In this document: piece by piece, positions 23,089-36,560 of the stretch
Layout of the letters: the number at the start of each line of letters is the position of its first letter
How positions within the stretch are numbered: the first letter of the stretch is position 1
From: Macrostomum lignano
Lineage: Eukaryota
Assembly (NCBI GenBank): GCA_002269645.1
Contig: NIVC01000040.1
Coordinates: 1-64,000 of the forward strand
Direction of reading: 5' to 3'
DNA length: 64,000 nt
Translations under genes and position numbers: made by a program
Notes under the pieces: generated by a model
Told to the model about the DNA's origin: nothing
Seen by the model: only the letters and a program-made list of their open reading frames with translations
Databases searched by the model: none

Positions 23089-26000
23089 TGGCAGACAGAC
23101 ACCAAGACAGACAGACAGACTGGCAGACAGACTGACAGACAGTCAGACAGACTGGCAGACAGACAGACAGACAGGCAGACAGACAGACAGACTGCAGACT
23201 CTAAACACACAGATCACTCCCACTGCCACAGGCGTACCAGACTGCTAGAGCAGTACAAGGCATCAGTGGCCAAGTACAAGCGGGTGCAAGAGACGGCAAT
23301 GCGCAGGGTGCACGATCTGGTACAGCTGCAGCAGGAGCAGCAGCAGCAGCAGCAAGATGAAGCGGCAGACCAGATGTCCGGCCTAGCCCGCCAAGACCAG
23401 CTGCAGGCCAACGCCGAGCTGTTGAACATGCAGAATCAGGAGCAGCGGATGCGCGAGATGCTTGGCGACATACAGAATATCGAGGAGATTTTCAAGGAGC
23501 TGTCTAGCATGGTCTACGATCAGGGGATCATGTGTGAGCTCAAATTGCTTAATTTACTGTTTCGAATCGAAGTCTGAAAAAAATATTCTGCGAAAATTAG
23601 CATTTGCGTTCCGTATAAGCAGCGGGAAAAACCAGCTAAAAAATAAAGCTCAAATCCGGACCATTTCCTCCGACACATCTCGCATTTTGTCGTTCTACAT
23701 GTAGTTAGGAATTCATATTGTGCTCACTTTACTGTCTCTGGTGTGTCTAAATCGCGCTTCCTCTGTGTGCCCTCTGTTTCGCTCCACTCACCGTGTGTTT
23801 CTCGCTTTTCTATCTGGTCATGTCTCTCAACCTATACATCTTCCCTCACTCTCGCGCAACTCCTCTCCCCTGTTCTCTCCCCTTCTCCCCTTCTCCCCTT
23901 CTCCCCTTCTCCCCCTCCCCTTCTCTCCCTCTCCCCTTCTCTCCCTCTCCCCTTCTCCCCCTCTCCCCTTCTCTCCCTCTCCCCTTCTCTCCCTCTCCCC
24001 TTCTCTCCCTCTCCCCTTCTCTCCCTCTCCCCTTCTCCCCTTCTCTCCCTCTCCCCTTCTCTCCCTCTCCCCTTCTCTCCCTCTCCCCTTCTCTCCCTCT
24101 CCCCTTCTCTCCCTCTCCCCTTCTCTCCTTCTCCCCTTCTCCCCTTCTCTCCCTCTCCCCTTCTCTCCCTCTCCCCTTCTCTCCCTCTCCCCTTCTCTCC
24201 CTCTCCCTTTCTCCCCTTCTCTCCCTCTCCCTTTCTCCCCTTCTCTCCCTCTCCCTTTCTCCCCTTCTCTGCCTCTCCCCTTCTCTCCCTCTCCCCTTCT
24301 CCCCTTCTCTCCCTCTCCCCTTCTCTCCCTCTCCCCTTCTCTCCCTCTCCCCTTCTCTCCCTCTCCCTTTCTCCCCTTCTCTCCCTCTCCCTTTCTCCCC
24401 TTCTCTCCCTCTCTCCCCTTCTCTCCCCTTCTCTCCCTCTTCCCTTCTCTCCCTCTCCCCTTCTCTCCCTCTCCCCTTCTCTCCCTCTCCCTTTCTCCCC
24501 TTCTCTCCCTCTCTCCCCTTCTCTCCCCTTCTCTCCCTCTTCCCTTCTCTCCCTCTCCCCTTTTCTCCCTCTCCCCTTCTCTCCCTCTTCCCTTCTCTCC
24601 CTCTCCCCTTCTGTCCCTCCCTTCTCTTTTCTCCCTCTTTCCCATCCGTATCTCATCTATTTCTCTCTATTCTTCTCTCCTATCACTCTGTCACTCCTAT
24701 TTTCCTCCCCCGCCTCTCCTCGCGGTCTTTATCTCTTCACTGCATCTCCCATCCTCTCTCCCTCTCTCCATTCTCACCATTACATGTAGACGCTAGCCCC
24801 CTTTAAACCCCGTCTCTTTAATCCAATCAACCGCTCGACCCTGCACAGGCGACGATATTGCGCAGAACGTGGCTTCGGCTGCCGACAACGCCGAGGAGGG
24901 CAGGGACCAGCTGCGGCAGGCTGTGGTGTACAAGGTGGGATATTCTCAGTTTTGTGCACTTTTCACTTACATGTAGCTTCTTAACCACCTTAATCCTCAA
25001 GAGTCTTGAATTAACTAGAATCTTCATGGATGGGATTTGTCAGGCTAAGATCGCTTTGGGTGGGATTTGAGAGGCTAGGATCCACTTGGATGGGATTTTG
25101 CAGGCTAGAATCTCCTTGGATGGGATTTGACAGGCTAGAATCCCCTTGGATGGGATTTAACAGGCTAGAATCCCCTTGGATGGGATTTAACAGGCTAGAA
25201 TCCCCTTGCTAGAATCCCCTTGCATGGGATTTAACAGGCTAGAATCCCCTTGAATGGAATTTGGGAGGCTTTCCCTTGGATGGGATTTGGGAGGCTAGAA
25301 TCCCCTTGAATGGGATTTGGGAGGCTTTCCCTTGGATGGGATTTGGGAGGCTTTCCCTTGGATGGGATTTGGGAGGCTAGAATCCCCTTGGATGGGATTT
25401 GGGAGTCTAGAATCCCCTTGGATGGGATTTGGGAGGCTAGAATCCCCTTGGATGGGATTTGGTAGGCTAGAATCCCCTTGGATGGGATTTGGTAGGCTAG
25501 AATCCCCTTGGATGGGATTTGGGAGGCTAGAATCCCCTTGGATGGGATTTGGGAGGCTAGAATCCCCTTGGATGGGATTTGGGAGGCTAGAATCCCCTTG
25601 GATGGGATTTGGGAGGCTAGAATCCCCTTGGATGGGATTTGGGAGGCTTTCCCTTGGATGGGATTTGGGAGGCTAGAATCCCCTTGGATGGGATTTGGGA
25701 GGCTTTCCCTTGGATGGGATTTGGGAGGCTAGAATCCCCTTGGATGGGATTTGGGAGGCTAGAATCCCCTTGGATGGGATTTGGGAGGCTAGAATCCCCT
25801 TGGATGGGATTTTTGAGGCTAGAATCCCATTGGATGGGATTTGGGAGGCTAGAATTCCCTTGGATGGGATTTGGGAGGCTAGAATCCCCTTGGATGGGAT
25901 CTGACACGCTGAAATCTGTTATGATGTGACCCGAATATATGCAGAAAATCAATTGACTAAGCAGCTCTTTCGATCAGACAAGAAATTGTTTTTTTCATTC

Positions 26001-26933
26001 TCAATAATTCATTCAATTTATCCTTGTTCCTTACCTTTAAATTATCGGGTTCGTTGATTCAATTTTTAATTGCAATTTCCCTGCTTCTATCCCAATAGAA
26101 TTGAAAAATTGGAATTTTGTTTTGGCACCTGGATCCTACGTTTGAAGTGTTCCTTTGTCGTCAAAGGTTATTTTTAGCTGCATTTTGTTGACAATATTTT
26201 AGGCCTTTTTAAACATCCTTTGTTCTCTTCTCTATCGTCATGTTCTTTCTGTATTGGATAATCCCATATCCCTCACTATTGGATAATCCCACATCCCTCA
26301 CTATTGGATAATCCCACATCCCTCACTATTGGATAATCCCACATCCCTCACTATTGGATAATCCCACATCCCTCACTATTGGATAATCCCACATCCCTCA
26401 CTATTGGATAATCCCACATCCCTCACTATTGGATAATCCCACATCCCTCACTATTGGATAATCCCACATCCCTCACTATTGGATAATCCCACATCCCTCA
26501 CTATTGGATAATCCCACATCCCTCACTATTGGATAATCCCACATCCCTCACTATTGGATAATCCCACATCCCTCACTATTGGATAATCCCACATCCCTCA
26601 CTATTGTATAATCCCAAATTCCTCACTATTGTATAATCCCATATCCCTCACTATTGTATAATCCCATATCCCTCACTATTGTATAATCCCATATCCCTCA
26701 CTATTGTATAATCCCATATCCCTCACTATTGTATAATCCCATATCCCTCACTATTGTATAATCCCATATCCCTCACTATTGTATAATCCCATATCCCTCA
26801 CTATCGTATATTAATCCCACTAAAAACACTTCAGCGCAAGGCCCGCAAGAAGTGCATCATTTTAATCATCGTTGGCATTGTTGTGGCGGGAATTCTGGCC
26901 CTGATCATCTATCTGTCAGTACGCGGCCATTAG
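22511..26933 (+). CDS. Syntaxin-7/12/13-like endosomal Qa-SNARE; 4 exons, 262 aa
   Basis: Exons 22511-22812, 23232-23533, 24849-24934 and 26835-26933 join in frame (789 nt). Helical Habc region, SNARE motif [50 protein letters not shown], then RKARKK and a C-terminal transmembrane helix. Confidence 0.92.
22970..23195. repeat. (GACA)n-type microsatellite, syntaxin intron 1
   Basis: cagacagacag/actggcagacag runs. Confidence 0.9.
23870..24620. repeat. CT-rich array of about 16 bp, syntaxin intron 2
   Basis: ccttctctccctctcc units. Confidence 0.9.
25030..25900. repeat. 30-bp minisatellite, 5' half of syntaxin intron 3
   Basis: ttggatgggatttgggaggctagaatcccc. Confidence 0.92.
26255..26815. repeat. 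25-bp minisatellite, 3' end of syntaxin intron 3
   Basis: ggataatcccacatccctcactatt. Confidence 0.92.
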
Positions 26934-27351
26934 ACTGGAGGTCGACGCCAATCCGAAATAAATAGATTGATAGAACTTTTATTTTTACCTGTAATTATAG
27001 CAAATACTCCACAATTTGCGATCACGTTACTGCCTTAAATAAGATTAACTTTGTTAAAAGCTTTCTCGACCCATCATTAAAATGTCTGACTCACTTTCTG
27101 AATTGATTTCTTCTCTTCCATTTCATATCCAGGCCAATTAATGTTTGCTTATGTATAGCTCTTTTGTAACTTCAGTAAACCAAAAAGTTTCTATCTGGTT
27201 TGGACAATTAATGACTTTTTTAATGTTGTGTTCAATTCTCAGATACGTTATTGGCTTTGTATTGTAATTAAAATGTAATAAACAATCGAAATATTACTTT
27301 TTATATTACTGATTACGTTTCAGTGCAAGCTACTTAAAATTTCTGATTTAA

Positions 27352-27640
27352 CTAGTACTCTAGTACTTTAGTACTCAAGTACTTTAGTACTCTAGTACTC
27401 TAGTACTTTAGTACTCTAGTACTTTAGTACTCTAGTACTTTAGTACTTTAGTACTCTAGTACTTTAGTACTTTAGTATTTTCGTACTCTAGTACTTTAGT
27501 ACTCTAGTACTTTAGTACTCTAGTACTTTAGTACTCTAGTATTTTCGTACTCTAGTACTTTAGTACTCTAGTATTTTCGTACTCTAGTACTTTCGTACCC
27601 TTGTACTTTAGTACTCTAGTACTTTAGTACTCTTCTACTT
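27352..27640. repeat. 9-bp tandem repeat
   Basis: tagtactct / tagtacttt. Confidence 0.9.
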
Positions 27641-28314
27641 CAGTAATCTAGCACTTTATTCGCATATAAAACAATAAGGAAAAACAATAATTATTGCTGC
27701 CATTTAATCTGCACAGCAAGTTTTTGGTGAGTTCAGTATTAATTTGTTGTCTATTTGTACTCGTACATGTCCTGCTATGTAATTTGCCCAAATTAAGTAA
27801 ACATTCAGACTTTCGTAGCCTATAATCGAAAGCTTTGTACATACAGTAATTATTGATTTTTACGAGTATATTATTGAACTTATCATATTATAAAGAATAA
27901 AATCCGACTGTTGGATATTAATCAATACTTCGCTAGTAATTCCCAAGAAAACTTTTATTCATTCAGTTTTATATAATTGTTGCGGTCGCTTTCGGAGTTT
28001 ATTGATTGCTTTTAAATACACCAGACACAAGATGCAACAGAGACTTGAAAGATCTCTACAGCCATGTTTTTACTCAAGAATTGTACGATGTGAAAAAGTA
28101 CTTTCTAAGCTTTTTGTTCTGTATGCTGTGCGCCATAGTGATTGATTGATTTATGACTGCTGTCTGAGCAGCTTAACCTGCTGCTCATTCCAGCCTCAGA
28201 GCAGCTCGCCTGATGGATGGCTCTGAAATTTGTCTCAACTTTATAAGTTTTTACTTTTCTAAGCTCAGATAGGTATCCACGCTTCCTGTTTCAATTTTTG
28301 AGTGCATTCTAAAT

Positions 28315-28505
28315 CCCCATGGATAAGCATCCCATGTCCCTATGGATAAGCATCCCATGTCCCCATGGATAAGCATCCCATGTCCCTATGGATAAGCATC
28401 CCATATCTCCATAGATAAAAATCCCAAATTCCCACAGATAAGCATCCCAAATTCCCATGGATAAGCATCCCTTGATCCCCATAAAAACATCCCATATCTC
28501 CATCG
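28315..28505. repeat. About 23-bp minisatellite
   Basis: cccatggataagcatcccatgt. Confidence 0.85.
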
Positions 28506-28784
28506 CAAACTCGTCCCACGCAAAGGTCGGGTGCATCAAAGAGAGCTCAGCGATTCGAAAAATCTTTTAATTATGAACTCATTTTCTTTTTCGTGGAAGA
28601 GCCGCGGAAGAAGCGCGAAGCCACTGGAACTGCTCTTTGATTATAAAAATCAAGCTGCTTTTAATCTGCAGCTTTTCGTGCCTGCGTCTGCAACTTTAGC
28701 TGCTTGCATTTAGCGGGAACTTGCATGGGAATAAAAGACAAGTCAGGAAGGCAGACATTAGAAATATGATACCCTTAAGTACGA

Positions 28785-29520
28785 GTATCGCTGACTGTTT
28801 GAGATAATTCAACCTGAAGTATCGCCGACTGTAGATAATTCAACCTGAAGTATCGCTGACTGTTTAAGATAACTCAACCTAAAGTATCGCCGACTGTAGA
28901 TAATTCAACCTGAAGTATCGCTGACTGTTTGAGATAATTCAACCTGAAGTATCGCCGACTGTAGATAATTCAACCTGAAGTATCGCTGACTATTTGAGAT
29001 AATTCAACCTGAAGTATCGCTGACTGTTTGAGATAATTCAACCTGAAGTATCGCTGACTGTTTGAGATAATTCAACCTGAAGTATCGCCGACTGTAGATA
29101 ATTCAACCTGAAGTATCGCTGACTGTTTGAGATAATTCAACCTGAAGTATCGCCGACTGTAGATAATTCAACCTGAAGTTTCGCTGACTGTTTGAGAGTT
29201 GAGATAATTCAACCTGAAGTATCGCTGAATGTTTGAGATAATTCAACCTGAAGTGTCGCTGACTGTTTGAGATAATTCAACCTGAAGTATCGCCGACTGT
29301 AGATAATTCAACCTGAAGTTTCGCTGACTGTTTGAGAGTTGAGATAATTCAACCTGAAGTGTCGCTGACTGTTTGAGATAATTCAACCTGAAGTATCGCT
29401 GACTATTTGAGAAAGTTCAACCTGAAGTATCGCTGACTGTTTGAGATAATTCAGCCTGAAGTATCGCTGACTGTTTGAGATACATGTAATTCAACCTGAA
29501 GTGTCGCTGACTGTTTGAGA
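28785..29520. repeat. 30-32-bp minisatellite
   Basis: gagataattcaacctgaagtatcgctgactgttt and a shorter variant. Confidence 0.92.
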
Positions 29521-29684
29521 AAATCGTTAGTACTTTCTTTGCAATCCAGAAAACAATAATTGGCCCGACCAGTTTATTTTAATTGCGAAGTAATTCAAGT
29601 TGGTATTTTGATTTTAAAAAAACAGGAAATCGGGGACTCTCTGAATTACGTCGTATAGTACAGAATCACCTGCTATCCGTCTTT

Positions 29685-29757
29685 CCAATGGCGGCGGCTG
29701 CTCATTGGACGAGGCCCGCTCAGCCAATGAGAGTTTAGATCGCATCAGTTAAATTGG
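29685..29757. promoter_or_regulatory. Cluster of CCAAT boxes (candidate NF-Y promoter)
   Basis: ccaat at 29685, attgg at 29704, agccaatgag at 29722 and attgg at 29753 in a CpG-containing patch, followed by a donor-like ac|gtgagt at 29873. Confidence 0.35.
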
Positions 29758-30069
29758 AAGCGTCAACTGATAAAGGATCCTGCTGGCTATCCTGTTTATC
29801 AGGCTCTCTCTACCGCAAGTGTTGGTACAATTTTAGCCAGAGAGAAGACCTACCTGACTTATCAGCATCTACGTGAGTTCCTAATCCATGCTTTTGTGCG
29901 TTATTCTTCAATTCCCAGGTCTGACCTTCTTGATTGAGTAAAGCCAAACTTGATTTATTATATGGACTTTACTGTCCGCCTAAGATAATATTCAAGGAGA
30001 TTGAAGGACAATTTTTTTTCAAATTCTTTAAGTTTGACTAATTTATGAAGGCACCTTAGGATTCATAGC

Positions 30070-32006
30070 ATCCCCCCAACTGAAATGGCATCCCCTCAAA
30101 TGAAATGGCATCCCCCCAACTGAAATGGCATCCCCTCAACTGAAATGGCATCCCCTCAACTGAAATGGCATCCCCCCAACTGAAATGGCATCCCCTCAAA
30201 TGAAATGGCATCCCCCCAACTGAAATGGCATCCCCTCAGCTGAAATGACATCCCCTCAGCTGAAATGACATCCCCTCAGCTGAAATGACATCCCCTCAGC
30301 TGGAATGACATCCCCTCAGCTGAAATGACATCCCCTCAGCTGAAATGACATCCCCTCAGCTGAAATGACATCCCCTCAGCTGAAATGACATCCCCTCAGC
30401 TGAAATGACATCCCCTCAGCTGAAATGACATCCCCTCAGCTGAAATGACATCCCCTCAACTGAAATGACATCCCCTCAGCTGAAATGACATCCCCTCAGC
30501 TGAAATGACATCCCCTCAGCTGAAATGACATCCCCTCAGCTGAAATGACATCCCCTCAGCTGAAATGACATCCCCTCAGCTGAAATGACATCCCCTCAGC
30601 TGAAATGACATCCCCTCAGCTGAAATGACATCCCCTCAGCTGAAATGACATCCCCTCAACTGAAATGACATCCCCTCAGCTGAAATGACATCCCCTCAAC
30701 TGAAATGGCATTCCCTCAACTGAAATGACATCCCCTCAACTGAAATGGCATCCCCTCAACTGAAATGACATCCCCTCAGCTGAAATGACATCCCCTCAGC
30801 TGAAATGACATCCCCTCAGCTGAAATGACATCCCCTCAGCTGGAATGACATCCCCTCAGCTGAAATGACATCCCCTCAGCTGAAATGACATCCCCTCAGC
30901 TGAAATGACATCCCCTCAACTGAAATGACATCCCCTCAGCTGAAATGACATCCCCTCAACTGAAATGACATCCCCTCAGCTGAAATGACATCCCCTCAAC
31001 TGAAATGACATCCCCTCAGCTGAAATGGCATCCCCTCAACTGAAATGACATCCCCTCAGCTGAAATGACATCCCCTCAGCTGAAATGACATCCCCTCAGC
31101 TGAAATGACATCCCCTCAGCTGAAATGACATCCCCTCAACTGAAATGACATCCCCTCAGCTGAAATGACATCCCCTCAACTGAAATGACATCCCCTCAGC
31201 TGAAATGACATCCCCTCAGCTGAAATGACATCCCCTCAGCTGAAATGACATCCCCTCAGCTGAAATGACATCCCCTCAGCTGAAATGACATCCCCTCAGC
31301 TGAAATGACATCCCCTCAACTGAAATGGCATCCCCTCAACTGAAATGACATCCCCTCAACTGAAATGGCATCCCCTCAACTGAAATGACATCCCCTCAGC
31401 TGAAATGACATCCCCTCAGCTGAAATGACATCCCCTCAGCTGAAATGACATCCCCTCAGCTGAAATGACATCCCCTCAGCTGAAATGACATCCCCTCAGC
31501 TGAAATGACATCCCCTCAGCTGAAATGACATCCCCTCAACTGAAATGACATCCCCTCAGCTGAAATGACATCCCCTCAACTGAAATGACATCCCCTCAGC
31601 TGAAATGACATCCCCTCAACTGAAATGACATCCCCTCAGCTGAAATGACATCCCCTCAACTGAAATGACATCCCCTCAGCTGAAATGACATCCCCTCAGC
31701 TGAAATGACATCCCCTCAGCTGAAATGACATCCCCTCAACTGAAATGACATCCCCTCAGCTGAAATGACATCCCCTCAACTGAATTGACATCCCCTCAGC
31801 TGAAATGACATCCCCTCAACTGAAATGACATCCCCTCAGCTGAAATGACATCCCCTCAGCTGAAATGACATCCCCTCAACTGAAATGGCATCCCCTCAAC
31901 TGAAATGACATCCCCTCAACTGAAATGGCATCCCCTCAACTGAAATGACATCCCCTCAGCTGAATTGACATCCCCTCAGCTGAAATGACATCCCCTCAGC
32001 TGAAAT
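30070..32006. repeat. Highly homogeneous 20-bp satellite of about 1.9 kb
   Basis: tgaaatgacatcccctcagc with a/g variants that recur in blocks of about 550-600 bp. Confidence 0.97.
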
Positions 32007-32377
32007 GTCTGCCCTTCAATAAAAGGGCTTAAATAATAGTTAATGAACGCTATCAAACAGACTGGACGTCATAACAAAGTGTCAGTTTAAATTAGTGCTC
32101 CCCACACGAGGTTTCGCTATGCTGTTTAGTCTCTTTCCTGCCTTCAGCTAGTGAAGTCTTCGATCCGATGAAGCCAACTAAAATTTGCATGTCCTCAAAT
32201 GATGAGAAGCCCCAACCTACACGCGATATTGCATTTCATTAGTTTTTGCGAGCTGTGCAATTTATAATTATACATAGAAGATGCACGAAAAGGCCTTACT
32301 GACCTTACGGGCAATGCAGTTGGAGAAGCCAATGCAGCTTTTGTTGACATACTTCTTTTCTGCGGGGGTGTGTCACG

Positions 32378-32740
32378 ATCCACAGTGTGACCTGCTGCAG
32401 AATGTCACTCCACAGTGTGACCTGCTGCAGAATGTCACTCCACAGTGTGACCTGCTGCAGAATGTCACTCCACAGTGTGACCTGCTGCAGAATGTCACTC
32501 CACAGTGTGACCTGCTGCAGAATGTCACTCCACAGTGTGACCTACTGCAGAATTTGTCACTCCACAGTGTGACCTGCTGCAGAATGTCACTCCACAGTGT
32601 GACCTGCTGCAGAATGTCACTCCACAGTGTGACCTGCTGCAGAATGTCACTCCACAGTGTGACCTACTGCAGAATTTGTCACTCCACAGTGTGACCTGCT
32701 GCATAGTTTTGTCACTCCATAATTTGTCACTCCAGGTCAT
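32378..32740. repeat. 30-bp minisatellite
   Basis: cacagtgtgacctgctgcagaatgtcactc. Confidence 0.92.
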
Positions 32741-32809
32741 TCCATAGTGATCCATAGTGCAGCAGTATGATAGATATATCAAATAATATTTATAGATGGA
32801 ACTAGCAAT

Positions 32810-33900
32810 CTACGCCCCCCGTTGGGGAGCCAAAGAAATGCAATACACGTTTTTTAATAAGCTACATATATCCTTGAAATCCTAAAAAATCTCCTGTCAA
32901 ACCTTGTAAGCCTTGACATGTCAATAATTCCCCCCCACAAGCTTTAACACATCAACTTCCCCCCTTGACATCTTAGCAATGCCCCCAATAAGCCTTGGAA
33001 ATCTAAAAATATCTGTCAACCTTCTAACCCTAACCCTAGCCTAACCCTAACCCTAACCCTAACCCTAACCCTAACCTAACCCTAAAGCATTGAAATTTCA
33101 GTAATTCTCTCTAAGAGTCATAATAGCACTACTACAGCATTATAGCGATTCCCTGCAAGCCTCGACATCGTAGGGATTCCCAAATGAATCTCTTAACTTC
33201 GACATGAAGCTTCTTTTATTTTTTACATTACGCTTTTTTTATCGGCGATCCCTCCCCTGAGGAGGCATCAAATAATGTAATAAAAAGTTTTCAATAAACT
33301 ACATGTAGCTTCTGACTTTAGCCTTGAAATCTCATTTATACCCCCGTGAGCCTTGACATCTCAGCTATTCCCCCCGTAAGCCTTAACATGTCAGCGATGG
33401 CCCCCATAAACCTTGAAATCTAAAAAATCCCCTGTTATTCTGTTAACCTTGAAACACGATAAAATATAACCCTCAACCCACACCTGACCTAAACCTAACT
33501 TTAACCCAACCTAAAGCCTTGAAATCTCAGCAATTCTTCTCCCCTAAGCCTTGACATTTTAGTGATTCCTTCTTTAAGAATCACAGCACTATAACGATTT
33601 CCACCAAGCTTTGACATCGTAGCAATTCCCAAATGAATCTTTTAACTTCGACATGACCTTTCTTTTATGTATACATAGTGCTACTTTTATTTTTTACATG
33701 ACTTTTCTTCTATCAGCGCCCCCCCCGTGGCGAGCCAACAAAGAATGCAATAAAAAATTGAGTAAAGTACATGAACTTTGAAGTAGCTTCTGACTTTTGC
33801 TTTGACATCTCAGAAACCCCCCCCCGTAATCTCAGTTTTTCTCTAAGAGCCTTGACGTCTCAGTTTTTCTCCCCAGCACAGCATTATAGCTTCATTTAAT
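32810..33900. repeat. Old, diverged tandem units of about 450 bp with agccttga(c/a)at subrepeats, containing an interstitial (TAACCC)n tract
   Basis: Similar unit starts at about 32810, 33245 and 33715 (gccccccg..gagcca..aaga(a)tgcaata). About 10 TAACCC units at 33024-33084. Confidence 0.7.
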
Positions 33901-34014
33901 TTTTACATGACACTTCTTTCATGTCTGACATGACGCTTCTTTTATTCTAGCATGATGCTTATTAATATTTTAAATGACACTTTCATTGGTTTTTAAATGA
34001 GGCTTCTATGATTG

Positions 34015-34960
34015 TTTAAATGACGCTTCTATGATTTTTTGCATGACGCTTCTATGATTTTTTACATGACGCTTCTATGATTTTTTACATGACGCTTCTA
34101 TGATTGTTTACATGACGCTTCTATGATTTTTTACATGACGCTTCTATGATTTTTACATGGCGCTTCTATGATTGTTTACATGACGCTTCTATGATTGTTT
34201 ACGTGACGCTTCTATGATTGTTTACATGACGCTTCTTTGATTGTTTACATGACGCTTCTATGATTGTTTACATGGCGCTTCTATGATTGTTTACATGTCG
34301 CTTCTATGATTGTTTACATGACGCTTCTATGATTTTTCATGACGCTGCTACGATTTTTTACATGACGCTTCTATGATTGTTTACATGACGCTTTTGTGAT
34401 TTTTACATGACGCTTCTGTGATTTTTTTAATGACGCTTCTATGATTGTTTACATGACGCTTCTATGATTGTTTACATGACGCTTCTATGATTTTTTATAT
34501 GACGCTTCTATGATTGTTTACATGACGCTTCTATGATTTTTACATGACGCTTCTATGATTTTTACATGACGCTTCTATGATTGTTTACATGACGCTTCTA
34601 TGATTTTTAACATGACGCTTCTATGATTTTTACATGGCGCTTCTATGATTGTTTACATGACGCTTCTATGATTGTTTACATGACGCTTCTATGATTTTTT
34701 ATATGACGCTTCTATGATTGTTTACATGACGCTTCTATGATTGTTTACATGACGCTTCTATGATTGTTTACATGACGCTTCTATGATTGTTTACATGAAG
34801 CCTCTACGATTTTTTACATGGCGCTTCTATGATTGTTTACATGACGCTTCTATGATTTTTAAAAGACGCTTCTATGATTGTTTACATGACGCTTCTATGA
34901 TTGTTTACATGACGCTTCTATGATTGTTTACATGACGCTTCTATGATTTTTTCATGACGA
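34015..34960. repeat. 21-22-bp minisatellite
   Basis: atgacgcttctatgattgtttac. Confidence 0.92.
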
Positions 34961-35149
34961 TTCTTTTTAAAAATTCTTTTAGTTTTCCTGACGTTGAAAA
35001 GCTTTAATTAAAAAAATTATACTCTATGAAAATTCGAACCATCGTCTCTGCATTTAGCTGTTCAGTTTGTTCACCTCTAGGCTAGCTCTCATCGTTTTGA
35101 TAACATCAAATTTTGCACTTATATAATTTAACACTTTAAAATCCAAGCA

Positions 35150-35590
35150 TAGAGTAAATCACACGAAGCAGTTATGACATAATCAGTTTCTCAGTCAGTC
35201 AGTATCAGTTAACAATATGGTTACGCAATTTAAATCAAGTCTGGTGCTACGCTTCCACACTGCATTTTCAATTCAAGTCGGAGTTGCAATTCAGTTATGA
35301 TGCAATCTATTTCAGAATCAGAATTCAACCACTCAGTTTTTTCTCTAGCATTCTTACAATGTTTTTCAAGTCGAAAGAGCTGCTTGACCTTTGCAAAAAA
35401 GCATGTTTTTCGAATATTTAATGCCTTTAGCATCGAGCAATTTCTTAGCCACGATGCATGTACAGTCACGGGAAAATTTCTGATCGGACAGTGCAAGTTC
35501 GAACAAAATCGGTCCAGCCATTTTTTCTCTAATCGATCACATAGATAGATAGACACAGACAGACCATTTTTAGTATATAGGAAGGATTAC
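35150..35590 (+). mobile_element. Possible non-autonomous Helitron-like (Lep1/DINE-type) element
   Basis: tagagtaaatcacacgaag start; caagttcgaacaaaatcggtccagcc...gatagacacacagacagaccatttttagtatataggaaggatt end. Pattern recognition only. Confidence 0.35.
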
Positions 35591-35989
35591 CTTCAATTAG
35601 TAGTGCTTAATTAACTAGGAATGCCTAATTAGGGTTGAGCAGCTATACTGCATACAGTGAGCATAGAGTGAGGAGTGAAGAGCCACTTATTAGTCCCTGG
35701 CAGCAATTGCTGAAACGGCTGAATCAGGCTTTGAGTTGGGCGCCATTTGCATACATAGTAGTTGTTGGCTAAGCTCTCCTCAGATGCAGCGATGCAGTGT
35801 GTACTATTATTCTGTTACATGTACAATATGGAGCACATTAGAAGCGGTTTTTAATGAGTCGGTGTGTGTAACTTTGATGATCCCCAATTATGCAAGTCAA
35901 AGCGGCTGGTGGGCAACACGAAGGAATCGAGAAGGGAAAGAAAGAGGTGAGAGTGGAGCGGTTGAGAATGGAAACTGATTAAGGAGAGG

Positions 35990-36560
35990 GAGAGGGGAGA
36001 GTTGAAAGGAGGGTAGAGGGAAGAATGGAGAGGGTAGAGGAGAAAGGTAAAGTTAGGAGGTAGAGTGGAGAGGGTAGAGTGGAGAGGTAGAGTGGAGAGG
36101 GTAAAGTGGAGAGGTAGAGTGGAGAGGGTAAAGTGGAGAGGTAGAGTGGAGAGGGTAGAGTGGAGAGGGTAGAGTGGAGAGGTAGAGTTGGAGAGGTAGA
36201 GTGGAGAGGGTAGAGTGGAGAGGTAGAGTTAAGGGGTAGAGTGGAGAAGTAGAGTGGAGGGTAGAATGGAGAGGGTAGAGTTGGAGGGAGAGTGGAGGGG
36301 TAGAGTGGAGAGGTAGAGTGGAGAGGTAGAGTGGAGGGTAGAATGGAGAGGGTAGAGTGGAGAGGTAGAGTGGATGGTAGAATGGAGAGGGTAGAGTGGA
36401 GAGGTAGAGTGGAGGGTAGAATGGAGAGGGTAGAGTGGAGAGGTAGAATGGAGAGGTAGAGTGGAGAGGTAGAGTTAGGGGGTAGAGTGGAGGGGTAGAG
36501 TGGAGAAGTAGAGTAGAGACGGAAAGGGGTGAGGAACAGGAGAAGGAGAGGTAGTGGAGT
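35990..36560. repeat. AG-rich array of about 13-14 bp
   Basis: gtagagtggagagg units. Confidence 0.88.

Noticed and set aside
27900-28720. Possible small minus-strand exons around the 23-bp array
   Set aside because: Splice-like sites exist, but the joined peptides are short, hit stops and resemble nothing I know.
33024-33084. (TAACCC)n as a chromosome end or fusion point
   Set aside because: Only about 10 units, embedded in a repeat whose neighbouring unit has a degenerate equivalent.
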